From NCBI RefSeq assembly GCF_006345805.1, contig NC_043018.1, forward strand, positions 372,001 through 436,000: 64,000 nucleotides of DNA, in the 5' to 3' direction. Origin of the DNA: Octopus sinensis (lineage: Eukaryota). Both the position numbers and the translations under genes were made by a program. The notes under the pieces were generated by a model that was not told the DNA's origin, made no database searches, and was given only the letters and a program-made list of their open reading frames with translations. This document shows positions 38,957 through 53,330 of this stretch, piece by piece. Every line of letters starts with the position of its first letter. Within the stretch, counting starts at the first letter, position 1.

Positions 38957-41416
38957 CAAGATGTGAACGAGGACAGGCGAGGTCCCTCCTGAACCTCATC
39001 AACACCCTGTACATGGAGCAGGTAATACTCCAACCAACCAGGGCAGGTAACACACTGGATCTCTGCTTCACAAATGACATGGATCTCATCCATAATGTGA
39101 AAGTGACACCGACACTACTCTCGGATCACAACATGATAGAGCTGACCATGTACGGGCCAAAAGAGAGCACGGACATGCAGCCTACAAGAAACCCTCAAAA
39201 TCTTTCCAGCTTGAACTACCATAAGGCAAACTGGAAACAAATTGAGAAAGAGATCCTCAAACAAAACTGGCCTAAATGTCTCTCCTCGCCAGACATCGAC
39301 GTGAAACTTCAACAATTCATGTCTGTAATGCAAGCCATATGCTACAAATCTGTCCCTGAGAGAAAGGCCACTGTACACAAGAACAAAATCCCCAGAGAGA
39401 GGAAAATTTTAATGAGACGGCGTACGAAATTTTCAAATCGCCCTAAACAAACAGATTGAAAGCAGTGAAAAGTCCCGCCTAAAAATAAAACTGTTGGAAA
39501 TCGAAAAATGTCTGCAACTCTCCCATGAAAAAGAAAGAGCAGACAAAGAAGCCTGGCTATAGAAAACATAAAATCTAACCCCAGAGCTTTCTACAGGTAT
39601 GCCAAAGAAACAGCTACAGTGCCTGTAGAATAGGGCCACTCCTCGAAAAGGATGGCACACTTACAGGAAAACCAATCAGGGTAAGTGAAATACTGAATGA
39701 GCAATTCAAGAGTGTTTTCACTCCACCCCTTGGGCATCTCCAAATCACCAATCCACTGACTTTTTTACCACTGCAGATATAAAATCAGAGGCGGCGACGA
39801 TAGATTACATCGATATAAAGGAAGACGATGTAACCAAGGCTATAGATGAAATGAAAACAGACTCAGCTACTGGCCCCGATGGATTCCCGGCAATCCTCCT
39901 AAAAGCATGTAAGAGAGTCCTAGCAAGACCACTGCAGTTCCTCTGTCAGAGCTTCCTTGCAGCTGGCAAACTGCCAGGAAAACTGAAGGAAGGTAAAATA
40001 TGCCCCATTCATAAAGGAGGTAGCAGAGCGGAAGCCAAGAACTATAGACCTATATCTCTCTGACCTCACACATCAGCAACGTCATGGAACGAATAGTCAG
40101 AAGGAAGCTGATCACCTTCCTTGAAGAGAATGACTTGCTGCCGCCACCCCAACATGGTTTCCGACCAGGGAGAAGCTGTTTAACTCAGCTCCTACAACAC
40201 TATGACTGGGTGCTGAAACGGCTGCTCAACCACTCAAATGTGGAAGTGATATATCTCGACTTTGCAAAGGCCTTTGATAAAGTCGATCATGGAATGATAT
40301 GTCACAAACTGCGTGATCTCAACATAGTTGGAAAACTGGGAGAATGGCTTCATGACTTTCTGAAGGATAGAAGTCAGGTGGTAGTAGCCAATGGGGCCAC
40401 CTCCATTAACACACAAATAGTGAGCGGTGTTCCGCAGGGCACTGTTCTGGGACCACTACTGTTCATAATGGACCTCTCAGACATGCCCTCAGCCACGCAG
40501 AGAGCCACGATCACAAGTTATGCAGATGATACAAAAGTTTCACAGGCAATACAGAACCCTGAGGACACTAAACACCTGCAATGTGAGCTGGACGAAATAT
40601 ACAAGTGGGCTGAAAAGAATAGCATGCAGGAAAGTTTCAAGCTTTATACTATCAGCATGCAAAACTGAATGCAATACCGAATGAATACACTGGACCCGGA
40701 GAGATTGCAATCCCAGAGGCACAATCAGTGCGTGACCTGGGTATTCACATGAGTGATGACGCGACCTTTCATGTACATGTTGCTAAACTGACAATGAAAT
40801 GTAGACGGCTGGCTGGATGGATTCTTAGAACCTTTAGAACAAGAGAACAAGAAACCATGATGGTCCTCTGGAACACTTGTCCTAAGCCACTTTGACTATT
40901 GCTCTCAGCTATGGTCACCATCCAGTGTCAAGTTGATCACAGAACTTGAGGCGATCCAACGAAGCTACACAAAGAAGATAGCCTCTATACAGAATGTAAG
41001 CTACTGGAAAGACTCAAGAGATTAAAATGATATTCCCTGGAGCGTAGGCGGGAAAGATATGCCATAATATACATCTGGAAGATCCTGGAGGGAAGTGTCC
41101 TGAACTTTGGCATCGAGAGTTACGCAAATGCCAGAACTGGGCGCCACTGCGTGGTGCCTAGGACTCCAAACCTGCCATCAAGATGTAGGACAAGATTCTG
41201 TGATAGCCTGGGCTTCCGAGGCCCACAGCTCTTCAATATCCTCCCGAAGACCTGAGAGACCTGCATGGGGTGGATACAGATGTCTTTAAAATGAAGCTGG
41301 ATCTCTTCCTGTCAGGTGTCCCAGATGAACCAACTTCACGGCAGGAGGGGCAGATGAGGGCAGCTGCATCGAACTCTCTCATGCACCAAATAGCAGTTGC
41401 TAGAAAGCCTCCATGA
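38926..41416 (+). pseudogene. LINE EN-RT-C-terminal region, broken by several frameshifts and stops
   Basis: ORF pieces 38926-39459, 39851-40063 and 40084-40668 carry consecutive EN/RT motifs. C-terminal LERRRERY...AASNSL ends at TGA 41414-41416. Confidence 0.85.
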
Positions 41417-41484
41417 AGTGAAACCAAGTAGCAACACCAAATGGCGGTGCCCCAGCATGGCCACAGCTCATAAGCTGAAACTAG

Positions 41485-41514
<30 letters not shown>

Positions 41515-41516
<2 letters not shown>

Positions 41517-41620
41517 GTTTATATATATATATATATATATAGTTTTATATAATTAATATAGTTTATATATATATAGATAGTTTATATTATATATATATAT
41601 ATATATTTATATATAGTTTT

Positions 41621-41652
<32 letters not shown>

Positions 41653-42260
41653 GTTTATATATATATATATATATATTATATATAGTTTATATATATATTA
41701 TCTATATATATATATATAATATAGTTTATATATATTATACATATATATATATATATAGTTTATGTATATTATATACATATATATATAGTTTATATATATA
41801 TATATATAGTTTATATATATATATATATATTTTATATATATATAGAGTTTATATATATATATAATTTATATATATAGTTTATATATATATATAGTTTATA
41901 ATTATATATATATAGTTCATATATATATATATATATAGTTTATATATATATAGTTTATATATATATATATATAGTTCATATATTATATTATATAATTTAT
42001 ATATATATATATAGTTTATATATATATATATATATATAGTTATATATATAGATATATAATATATACATATATATATATATACATATATATATCATATATA
42101 TATACATATATATATTACACATATATAACATATATATTATATATAACATATATATACATATATATATATATTACCATATATATACATATATAATACATAT
42201 ATATACATATATACATATATTATATATGTATAATATATATATATATATAGTTTATATATA
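41515..42260. repeat. [AGTTT(AT)n] satellite, right half
   Basis: Directly visible. Confidence 0.9.
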
Positions 42261-42270
42261 TACATACATA

Positions 42271-42340
42271 AAAGCAGCAAAGATACCACGAAAACTGATA
42301 CTCAATTTCGTGTTCGTCGGACATTTTTATTTAGAATGGA
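42271..42340 (-). mobile_element. Degenerate relative of hammerhead element A
   Basis: aaagcagca...ctgatactc...ttcgtcggacattttt.tttagaatg aligns loosely with 770-847 and lies next to (TA)n. Confidence 0.4.
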
Positions 42341-43099
42341 ATAAATAAGATTATACGCATAAATATACAATTACTGTGACAGACATTTGAAAATGGTTTT
42401 GTTTCATTTGTCCCTTCTACTAACGGTCTTTTCAATAGCCGCTTGTTGTATGGAATTATAATTACGGTTTAAAACATCACAAAAATCGAAGAAAACCTTT
42501 AATCAAAAATTGCTTATCTAGAAGGAAAAGAAGTCCTGAAGGATCTTTTCCTTTTGGTGGACAACTCAATTATTAAATTCTCTTTAATACTTTCAAACTT
42601 CGGATACTGGTAGAATATGTCGTATAGAACATCTTTTACTCTTAGTGTTGTTGAGAAAAGATTCTATTTTCGAAGTTATATCGTGTTAAAGTTGTATTTC
42701 GGTAATTTCAACCAATCAATGACGTGTATTCAGCTGAATAAAATTACTGCTTTTATTTGTCAAAAACGTTCGGTGTATATTTCTTTTGTCACTGTTACTT
42801 ATGACATATTTCATCTGAGTTACCTTCGTATGAATAAACGAGTATATTTGAAGCACGTTCACTTCATTAGAGCACCATCATCGTCCGCGCATTTCTACTG
42901 CTTTTAGTTTTTTTCCTCTTTCCCTGAAATTTATTGCTCCCTTCCTCTTCCAATTTCTTCATTTTAAACTTTTTCCGTAACTCTAACTCTAACCCTAAAA
43001 CCCCAACCCCTTAGCCCTAATCGACTAGTTCCCCAAAATTTCGGGCCTTGAGCCTAATGTAGAAAGTATCATTTTCATTAGCGTCGAGCTGATGATTAA

Positions 43100-43295
43100 T
43101 GTGGCGACCCGGTCAGAAGCGTTAGCACGCTGGGCGAAATGCTTAGAAGCACTTCGTCTGTTTGCACTTTCGGAGTTCTAATTCCGCCTTTCGTTCATTC
43201 GTGGTCGTTAAAATAAGCACCAGCTGAACACTGCGATCGATGTAATCGCTTGGCTCTCTCTCGGTGCTCATTTCAAACCTTGTGTCTGTGGAAGA
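43100..43295 (+). mobile_element. Degenerate SINE family B-related copy
   Basis: cagaagcgttagcacgctgggcgaaatgctta...gatgtaatcg. Confidence 0.6.
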
Positions 43296-44238
43296 CAAAT
43301 CAGTTGTAATTGTTGCAACATGAATATGCACAACCCTGAATTAACTGACATCAGCAGTGGCGACAGAAGAAGAACATGAGGATGAGAATAAGAAGGCGAA
43401 AGAAGAAGAAGAAGAATTCAAAAACTTCAGATAAGAAATGATAGAAATCTGACAGACAAACACCGAAGAAAGAAATTGATAAAATATTGTGAAACCACTA
43501 AATAAATAACAAAAAGGAACGGGGGAGAAAACAAAAAGCGGAAAATAAATGAGAGAAAGGAAGAAATTCTGTGCACTTAGAAGAAACAAGCTCAGTCATT
43601 CTTTATTTGTTTTGTTTTCTGTTTCATTTCTTTGTTTTTCTTTTGAATATTTATACTCGGACTTGAATATGTAGCGTGTTAATTATTCTTCTAATTATTT
43701 TTGATAGTAAAATAATCTGTGAAGAATGACAGCTAATGACAAGTCAGACGGAGGCATTTTGTGTTTTATTACGTTACCGTTCTGTATAGTTTATTAACTT
43801 TACTTTCTGTGAAACACATAAAAGAAATACCACATATTTTAACAGACAAGTATTATTGTAGCCTTCAGGCATATTGAAAAGATAAATGAGGTGAGTGAAA
43901 TTATCAACTATCGAATGCTGTCTCATTTAAGTTTTGCTGTAGACGTGTTGTTATATAACAGAAAATGTCTTACTTCGAAAACATTACAAATGAAATTCTC
44001 ATTAGCGCGTTTTTCTTCATATATTTTCGTCCATCTGTCCATAATTGTTTAGCGTAGAACTGATTGGTGCAATAGCGAATCGCTCGTTTTAATACTGTAA
44101 GACTACCGATATATTTGGTTAGGTTTGTTGATATTTTGAAAGAATTCATATTTTTTTTGACACAACACGTGTGTGTGTGTGTGAGTGCATATTCATATAC
44201 ATACTTGAATACATATACGTATAAATACATATACTTAC

Positions 44239-44271
<33 letters not shown>

Positions 44272-44319
44272 GATATCTAAGTACTTATGGTGTATATATA
44301 TATATATATATATATTATA

Positions 44320-44353
<34 letters not shown>

Positions 44354-44368
44354 AAAAAAACAACTTTT

Positions 44369-44768
44369 CTAGTTTCAGCTCAGAGCTGCGGCCATGCTGA
44401 TGCACCGCCGTTTTGTGCTACACTGTTATTGCGACGAACCTCGTCTAATATGTGGCACTTGGTGAAGAATGGAGTTTGATACAGCTACTCTCATTTGCAC
44501 CTCTTGCCGTGAGGTAGGTTCATCTGGGACTCTTGACAGGAAGATGTCCAGCTTTGATTTAAAAACCGCTACATCTACTTTGTGCAAGTTCCTCAGACTC
44601 TTTGGGAGAATATTAAAAAGCTGTGGGCCCTTGAAAACCAGGCTGTTGCAGAAGCTGGTCCTGAAGCGTGATGGCATTGCTGGGATCTTTGGCACGATGC
44701 AGTGTCGTCCCGTTCTAGCATTGGTGTAGCTTGCAATGCCAAAATTTGGCACAATTCCTTCCAGGAAG
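44369..44768 (-). mobile_element. 5'-truncated CR1-group LINE, related to the 35.8-41.5 kb element
   Basis: Encodes LEGIVPNFGI...GPQLFNILPKSLR...VPDEPTSRQE and carries the same 3' stem-loop tail. Confidence 0.85.
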
Positions 44769-45216
44769 TGGATGCGTGGCGTCCGATCATATAACAAATT
44801 AATAAATAAAACATATGCATACATACATACATATATGTACATACCTACATCTATATGTATATATACATGCATATATATACATGGGTACAGGACACCAAAA
44901 AATCGTAGAGCACAACGAGAAACGAAAACAAAAACAAAGACATGGAAACTGACTTTGTCAAACAACGATTGACCGAATAGTGATGACGCATAAAATTCTT
45001 TCAGTTTATGTTAGCTTCATTGTAATAAAATTCTACTGAGTGCCGCATTGACCTGTCGATGAAGTACCACTAAAATAATATCATCCCCATCGAATTTGAT
45101 CCCGTGTATATCCGTTAGAAATCAATATTTACTGACGATATAGCGTAGCTTTGTACACACATGGTAAAGATGTTTCTTTTCTCAAACAGACTATCAACAT
45201 TATCTCCCGTCATATC

Positions 45217-45254
<38 letters not shown>

Positions 45255-45317
45255 TCGATTCGAACCGATTCGTTCCGTTTCGTTTCGTTTCTTCTCTCCT
45301 TCTTCTCCAGTACAGTT

Positions 45318-45384
<67 letters not shown>

Positions 45385-45657
45385 ATATTTATATATACGT
45401 GAGACTGAATGGAAGTGTGTGTGAGGTTTGTGTATATGCATATGAGTTTATTTATATGTCCGTTGTTGTCCGAGGTTTACCCTGAGGTCACAGACTCAGA
45501 TCAGAGGGTGGGTAGATATCGATTTACTATGCTATCAAGTAAATCAATGCAAAATAGAGTAGGCAGAAAATAACAAATATTTGAAATATACAAAGTATGG
45601 AGAAAAATAGACAAAATCTAAGACAAAATTCTAGTGACGACTAACACACACACACAC

Positions 45658-45766
<109 letters not shown>

Positions 45767-46093
45767 ATACGTACGTACATACCCGTGTGTGAGTGCGTCT
45801 TTGTGTATGTATAGAAATAAGTATAGCTGTAGATATATACATGTTTGTAAGCACTTGTATATATATACCAAGCACTGTGCAATAATGTGTAGTGTTTCCA
45901 GCACTCAAGTTTCCTCTGTTTGTTATTAAGATGCAGCATCAATAGAGTTAACGCAGACAAAATCAAATGATGTTTTTTGTAAGACTGAAGCTAAATTGAG
46001 AGAAAGAAGACATATATATGGAAAACATGTGTCCGGGGTAGTTAAGAGGAAAATGAAGTTACAGTTACTATTTCATGATATACATACATACAT

Positions 46094-46169
<76 letters not shown>

Positions 46170-46187
46170 TATATATTATTGAGAGAG

Positions 46188-46222
<35 letters not shown>

Positions 46223-46635
46223 ACAATAAGACATCAATACGTAGAACATAGAGAAAAGCTCCGCCAACTCGTTAAAAATATTTATCACATGAGTATAACA
46301 ATTGAAAGGAAGAGAAAGAGTTTTGTTTTTGTTTTCTTAAAAGAAAAAACTAAAGGAAAAAAGGGGAGGAATTAAACATAATTCTTCACCTCTATTTTTG
46401 TTGTCACTTTCTTTTTGTTTATCTTCTTTTCCGCATTCTCCTTTCAGAATCAACCTTCATCTCATCTTTTCTTGTGCTTACTCTTCTTCAACTGTTACGA
46501 TTTTTAACTTGTATGGGCATTCTGGCCAAAAGCCGAGATTATGTGGATGCACTGGGCATGTCTTAACACGCGCCTAGAAAATATCTTCAATTCATGAAAC
46601 AATTGGTTGCTCATAACTATAAGCCGTGTACATTA

Positions 46636-46676
<41 letters not shown>

Positions 46677-46705
46677 TCAATAAATGGTGGGGTTGTGTTG
46701 ACCGC

Positions 46706-47094
46706 ACAAGGAAAAATTGTAAAAAGGCAGAATGCTAAATTGAAAGAAAATTTTAATGAAAATGGGTGTATGGAACAAGTTTTTGGAAAATTGATAAAAT
46801 AAAAAAAAAAATATATGGCGGTGCCCCAGCATGGCCACAGCTCATTAGCTGAAACTGGAAAAATCAAAATCAAAATCAAAATCATATATATATATATATA
46901 TATTTTATCAATTTTCCCAAAACTTTTTCCATACACCCATTTTCATTAAAATTTTCTTTCAATTTAGCATTCTGCCTTTTTACAATTTTTCCTTGTATAT
47001 TTTTTCAATTCGATATCTGTCTTGCACATAGTGATATATATATATATATATATATATCTCACTATGTGCAAGACAGATATCGAACTGAAAAAAT
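46706..47094. repeat. Two adjacent inverted repeats centred on (TA)n: 46706-46801/46903-46996 and ~47000-47035/47057-47094
   Basis: Direct reverse-complement matches. The first pair encloses a CR1 tail. Confidence 0.8.
46815..46883 (+). mobile_element. Minimal CR1-group 3' tail insertion with (AAAATC)n
   Basis: tggcggtgccccagcatggccacagctcattagctgaaact is nearly identical to 41442-41482. Confidence 0.8.
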
Positions 47095-47597
47095 TAGAGC
47101 TCATACAATGAAAATAAGCAAGGTGAATTTAATAAAAAAGAAATGGAGCATCTACCTTGATTTTGTAAACACGTCGTAGTCCTCTCGTGTTACTTCTTGT
47201 AGAATTATATTAAGATTTTACGAGTGATTGACGGTTGAACTTTTTTAATTCTTTAGTCATTCTTCTCTTTCTAGTTCTTTTTTAATTTATTAATAGTTCT
47301 TAATTTCTATTTTTGTTTCTCTTTCTCTTCAAAAAAAAAACGGCTTGTCACCAATTTGTTTTATGAGGGGCTGTTTTAAATTGTAACAGGAAAAACTCGA
47401 AATAAAAAAAGTTAATTATAATATATATATGGGTGTGTGTGTAACACGAACATTTGATCACTATAAACAAATCTTTGGGCATGTCGTTCGACAAAAGCAA
47501 AACGCAGATAGGTTATTTTCGACGGGAGAGTCCATTATTGTATAAAGACGCTAAAGAATACAGAATTACACATCTTTAATTAATATTATTTCCAAAG

Positions 47598-47940
47598 CGG
47601 CGGGCTAGCAGAAGCGTTAACACGCTGGGCGATATGTGTAGCCATATTTCGTCTGTCGTTACGTTCTGGGTTCAAATTCCACCGAGGTCTACTTTGCCTT
47701 TCATCCTTTCGAGGTCGACAAATTAAGGACTGGGGTCGATGTAATCGACTTAATCCCTTTTCCTGTCCTTGTTTGTCCTCTCTGTGTTTAGCCCCTTGTG
47801 GGTAGTAAAGAAATAGAAATAGGTATTTCGTGTGTTTACGTTCTGAGTTCAAATTCCGCCGAGGTAGACTTTGACTTTCATCCTTTCGGGGTCGACAATT
47901 TAAGTACCAGTTACGAACTGGGCTCGATGTAATTGACATA
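47598..47940 (+). mobile_element. SINE family B with partial tandem duplication
   Basis: Full copy followed by gtatttcg...gatgtaat, restarting at the same point as the 24358 copy. Confidence 0.8.
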
Positions 47941-48083
47941 GCCCTTTTATATATACATATATTATATATATTATATATATATATATAAATATATAAGGTA
48001 TATATATGTATATATGTATATATAGTTAATCCAAACAAGAAAACACAACAACGCGAGGACGCGCAGGAAAGAAGGAAAGGAGG

Positions 48084-48118
48084 GTTTAACGTTTCGAGCG
48101 AAGCTCTTCGTCGGAAAC
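48084..48118 (-). ncRNA. Minimal hammerhead ribozyme, U4C variant (family E), within a PLE-like fragment ~48022-48180
   Basis: GUUU-CCGACGA-a-GAGC-uuc-GCUC-GAA-ACGU-U-AAAC. Loop-less palindromic stem III, GUU site. Confidence 0.75.
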
Positions 48119-48419
48119 ATAGGAGAAGGAAAGATCCAGAGAAGGGAAGACAGAGGGAAAAAATCGACAACAGTACACACGAGAGAGAGAGAGAGTGGTT
48201 GTATACTGTCAACTTAACGTGACAGTCCTGCAAGGGAATTACAACATCGCTGTTTAACCCTAGGAAGCATCAACTCTTCCTGTCGGCCTTGACACATTTC
48301 CTGTGTCCTTATATATTTACGAAGGGAGACAACACCCCCAACAGCTAGGCCTGCATCTAGAGACATGCATGTTTCTGGGTCTTGCCCATCATCAGTCTAG
48401 AGTAGCAGAGGCCTACTAG

Positions 48420-48513
<94 letters not shown>

Positions 48514-48628
48514 TTGGGTACAGAATTCAGTGTGAGTACTTGATAATTGTAAGCACCTGTATATACCGTTTGGTGGTATAGGTGGTGGAGTAAATTAATC
48601 AAAATAAAAAAATGATGCCAAGGATTCA

Positions 48629-48706
48629 GCGGTACATATGTTTCGGGCCTTTATTAGACGGATTTATAACAATGCATAATGTGTGTCTATGGCCTTCTTC
48701 AGCCGC
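48629..48706 (-). ncRNA. Hammerhead ribozyme with extended stem II (family F)
   Basis: GCGG-CUGAAGA-a-GGCC-a-UAGAC...GUCUA-auaaa-GGCC-c-GAA-ACAUAUGU-A-CCGC. Confidence 0.75.
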
Positions 48707-48752
48707 GCACAATTACTACCTCAAGGACATGTATTACATCATTTGTGTCTAT

Positions 48753-48828
48753 GGCTGAAGAAGGCCATAGACACACATTATGCATTGCTATAAATCCGTC
48801 TAATAAAGGCCCGAAACATATGTACTGC
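48753..48828 (+). ncRNA. Hammerhead family F, inverted copy with truncated stem I
   Basis: gg-CTGAAGA...GAAACATATGTA-ctgc. Confidence 0.6.
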
Positions 48829-49104
48829 TGAATCCTTGGCATCATGTTTTTATTTTGATTAATTTATATATAGATATATATAAGGAAAAGCTAAGTTCAT
48901 GACGACGCTATGATTTGAAAACTGTACGTAAAGACTCGGTCAGCTATATAATGCTAAAAGGCAAATTCTGGCGATGCTGTCAAAATATGACCAATTTTAC
49001 AATTCTTGTTCCCCGTCACTCGGTATATTTCACTCTCCTTCACATTATAACATAGTAATACGCGGTATATATATATATATATATAATATACACACATAAA
49101 TACA

Positions 49105-49146
<42 letters not shown>

Positions 49147-49312
49147 AATATATATGTATATATATAATATATGGAGGGATGTCTATATACATACAGACAC
49201 ACACACATACATAGATACAGGCTCACATATACACAGCCACATGTATCCATACGCACATATATACAAATGATGCAAATAGAGTCATATATACATACAAATA
49301 TGTGCGTATGTT

Positions 49313-49356
<44 letters not shown>

Positions 49357-49804
49357 CAGAAACAGGCACATATATTTATGAATATGTATATACATATGAT
49401 CAAACATAAACGGATACACGAGCACATACACACACGTATATCTACATATACATACACATACAAACACACAGACACACACACACTCACGCACACATATATG
49501 AGAGATGTGGGGAATACGAAATTCAATTAATTAATCTTGTGATTCAAAAATATATGTAAATGCTCGTTATCTGTAAGAGTGAATTGCGAAAATGAACACA
49601 CGAAATAAATTGATACAAAACCAGTGATTGTTAATTGAATGTTCTAACGCCGTTATTGTTGTTTTGTGTTGTTGTTCTTGTTGTTGTTGTTATCACTATT
49701 AAAGTTGTTGCTGTCAATGATGATGATGCTGTTGTTTCATGGGTTTGATATTTATGATTACAAAAATGCCTGAGTTCTCGCTTAATTGATTTTAATGTAT
49801 GTGT

Positions 49805-50330
49805 GCATGTGTGCATGGTGAAAGCCCGTGTGTGTGTATGTGTGTATGGTGAGGACGTGTGTGTCTATATGTGTGTGTGTGCATGGTGAAAGCGTGTGTG
49901 TGTGTGTATGTGTGTATGGTGAGGACGTGTGTGTCTATATGTGTGTGTGTGCATGGTGAAAGCGCGTGTGTGTGTGTGTATTTGTGTATGGTGAGGACGT
50001 GTGTGTCTATATGTGTGTGTGTGCATGGTGAAAGCGCGTGTGTCTGTGTATGTGTGTATGGTGAGGACGTGTGTGTCTATATGTGTGTGTGTGCATGGTG
50101 AAAGCGTGTGTGTGTGTGTGTATGTGTGTATGGTGAGGACGTGTGTGTCTATATGTGTGTGTGCATGGTGAAAGCGCGTGTGTGTGTGTATGTGTTTATG
50201 GTGAGGACGTATGTGTCTATATGTGTGTGTGTATGGTGAAAGCGTGTGTGTGTGTGTGTGTATGTGTGTATGGTGACGACGTGTGTGTCTATATGTGTGT
50301 GTATGTATGTATGGTGAAAGTGCGCGTGTG
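49805..50330. repeat. ~60-bp minisatellite (gcatggtgaaagcg(tg)n atggtgaggacgtgtgtgtctata(tg)n), ~8 copies
   Basis: Directly visible. Confidence 0.9.
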
Positions 50331-50702
50331 TATGTCCAGTGTAAGAATACACTCTATATGGCAAATTATATATGCGTATAAGCATTAACTACCAACGCGC
50401 TTACACACATAACTGTGTGTGCGCATGTGCTTTATTACGCTCGTATATATGTGAGTGTGTTCATGTATGTGTATCTTGATAATATTAAAATATCGCATAT
50501 GTGTATATCTATATCTATCTATATATATGTGTGTCTATGTGTCTGTGTGTGTAATTATATCTGTATGTTATATATATATATATATATATATATATTCAGA
50601 TATAATTACACACACAGACACACACACACACATATGTATATATATATATATATATAGATAGATATACACATATCCGATATTTTAATATGTATTTGGATAT
50701 AC

Positions 50703-50766
<64 letters not shown>

Positions 50767-51026
50767 TACACACACACATACGTGTGTGTGCGTGTCTGTG
50801 CATGTTCGTATATATGTATGTGCGTACGTACATATTAAAAGAGTATTTTTCCCTTATTACGTTTAGATGTGATCCTATTAGTATCGCAATAACAGTAATA
50901 TATGTAATTATGTATGAACTACTGCGCGAAAGGGAAGGAATTTGCTTCCAACATACAGATGGAAACACTTCTGCACCACACACAAACAACACACAGAATT
51001 ATATATAAATATACGTATACATATAC

Positions 51027-51083
<57 letters not shown>

Positions 51084-51326
51084 GTATGTATATGTATGTA
51101 TGTATATACGCGTTTGTGTGTGTTCGGGGAATATTAATATTTATATTTGTGTGTGGCGTGCGCAGATACTCGCACTATGGATAGTGCGGTTGTCTCTGCA
51201 TTTCTGTATAAGCGCAATACACCTGCAGTCAAATCACTTTCGAATATTTAGTGTGTTGAAATGTGTAATTAAGCGTCACTTTGGTTTGCATCTGTATACA
51301 CACTAGCTCACACATACACACACATG

Positions 51327-51376
<50 letters not shown>

Positions 51377-51422
51377 ATAATACTAGCTCATACACACACA
51401 TGTATATATATATATTTATATA

Positions 51423-51461
<39 letters not shown>

Positions 51462-51618
51462 TATATACGTATGCATAGATATACGTATGCATACATATAT
51501 GTATGGATATATAAATGTCTGCATATATATAAGTATATACTAATATGTATATTTATGCATATATAATATACACATATGTATGTGCCTGCATATATATATA
51601 TATATATATATACATATA

Positions 51619-51670
<52 letters not shown>

Positions 51671-51831
51671 TACATACACACACATTTACATTCTCGCCTC
51701 TATTTAAGTTTATGTGTATGTATGTGATTTCGTATGCTTCTTTGTATTTGTGTTCATTTGGATGCGTGAGTATATACGCAATACATTGGTATACACTTAT
51801 GCTTGTACATATCTATATCTATCTACCTGTC

Positions 51832-51903
<72 letters not shown>

Positions 51904-51960
51904 TATATAAATATATATATATATATATAAATATATATATATATAATATACACACACACA

Positions 51961-51993
<33 letters not shown>

Positions 51994-52032
51994 CATATAT
52001 ACACTTATATATACATATATACATACACCCCC

Positions 52033-52071
<39 letters not shown>

Positions 52072-53029
52072 TGTGATTGCCGTTAAGAGACCTAACAATT
52101 TGGGCAGCAGCTCTAAAGTCTTGCTGATGATAGTTAAAAGCAAATCAAATATAATGATCTAAAGAACATTAGTTATTAATTGCTTAATTGATAGATCAAT
52201 TAAACAAACATTTCAATATCTGGCTGGTCACTAGTCGGCGGCAATATCGTCTGAATGTGAAACTGACCGTCGGCGTGTAGACTGAACATTATTTAGCATA
52301 TAGTTTATACATCGGAGGTCGCATATATGAAAAGCTAAAGTCACTTTCATTTTTTCTGTTTTGATATAGTCATATTTTATATCCACACAATTTTCTGTAA
52401 TTTCTTTGCGTGCTTAGAATGCCAGATTGTGATTTCGAATCATGATTTTTTCATTGAAATGGAATTCCGTTGCAAGAATCTTCCAAGCCCTATCGTATGT
52501 TATACACAAACAAGTAACGCACCACCTTGTATAAAATCAACTGAATCATAAAATAGTGTAGAGCGCAATAGGGGAAAGGCTGTTTCACATTTTTGCATAA
52601 CGTTACTCGCAATCGACCCCCATTTCTAGCCTAATGGCAAGAAGTCCTCTCAGTTTTCTCCTTTCATTTTTACAGCAATGGACTGCAGGTTTCAGCTACT
52701 GGTATGATATTTCCACTCAAAAACTCACAGTCCACACTGCTTTTCCTTCCATTGTCTATACTGTGCTTCTCTCCCACATTTCCGCTCACTCAGAGACTTA
52801 CATAACCCATTCAAGTGACTCTGTATAGTGTAAAGTCCATCGATGGATTGTCTTTCGAGTCCTTATTCAGCACTGCCTTTTATTCTATATTTTTTTAATT
52901 GGATCCCTGCTTTTCCCTTACAACTCCCTTTTGAATTCTGCTGCACAATGTTATATATTTACTTGAAAAGAGGCCTTCCGCTCCTTTGTTTATATTTCCA
53001 TTGAAACTTACCATTTATTCTTTTATCCG

Positions 53030-53232
53030 TTTATTTTCTTGCAGTCATTTGACTACAGCCATGATGGAGCACCGTCTTGAACGGTTCTAGTCGAACAAAT
53101 CGATCACAGGAATTATTTTCTTAAGCCTAGTATTTATTCTATCGAACTCTTTATCCGTACTGTTGAGTACGAGTACATAAACATATCCCAGCATCGGTTG
53201 CCAAGCGGTGATGGGGTTAATACATACATACA

Positions 53233-53330
<98 letters not shown>

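Larger units (their letters stand above)
35813..41514 (+). mobile_element. Near full-length CR1-group LINE (APE-RT) with (ATCA)n tail
   Basis: EN motifs LLNIRGL, LTETHL, GGVALY, YRPP, GDFNLP and SDHN. RT motifs NYRPISL, QHGFRPGRSC, YLDFAKAFDKVDH, GVPQGTVLGPLLF and YADD. The 5' boundary is inferred from the interrupted satellite. Confidence 0.85.
48511..48866. mobile_element. Fold-back Penelope-like element F between (TA)n tracts
   Basis: Inverted arms ~48591-48704 and 48753-48866. Confidence 0.75.

Noticed and set aside
42975-43020. Telomere-like (TAACCC) repeats
   Set aside because: Only a few degenerate units, insufficient to call an interstitial telomere.
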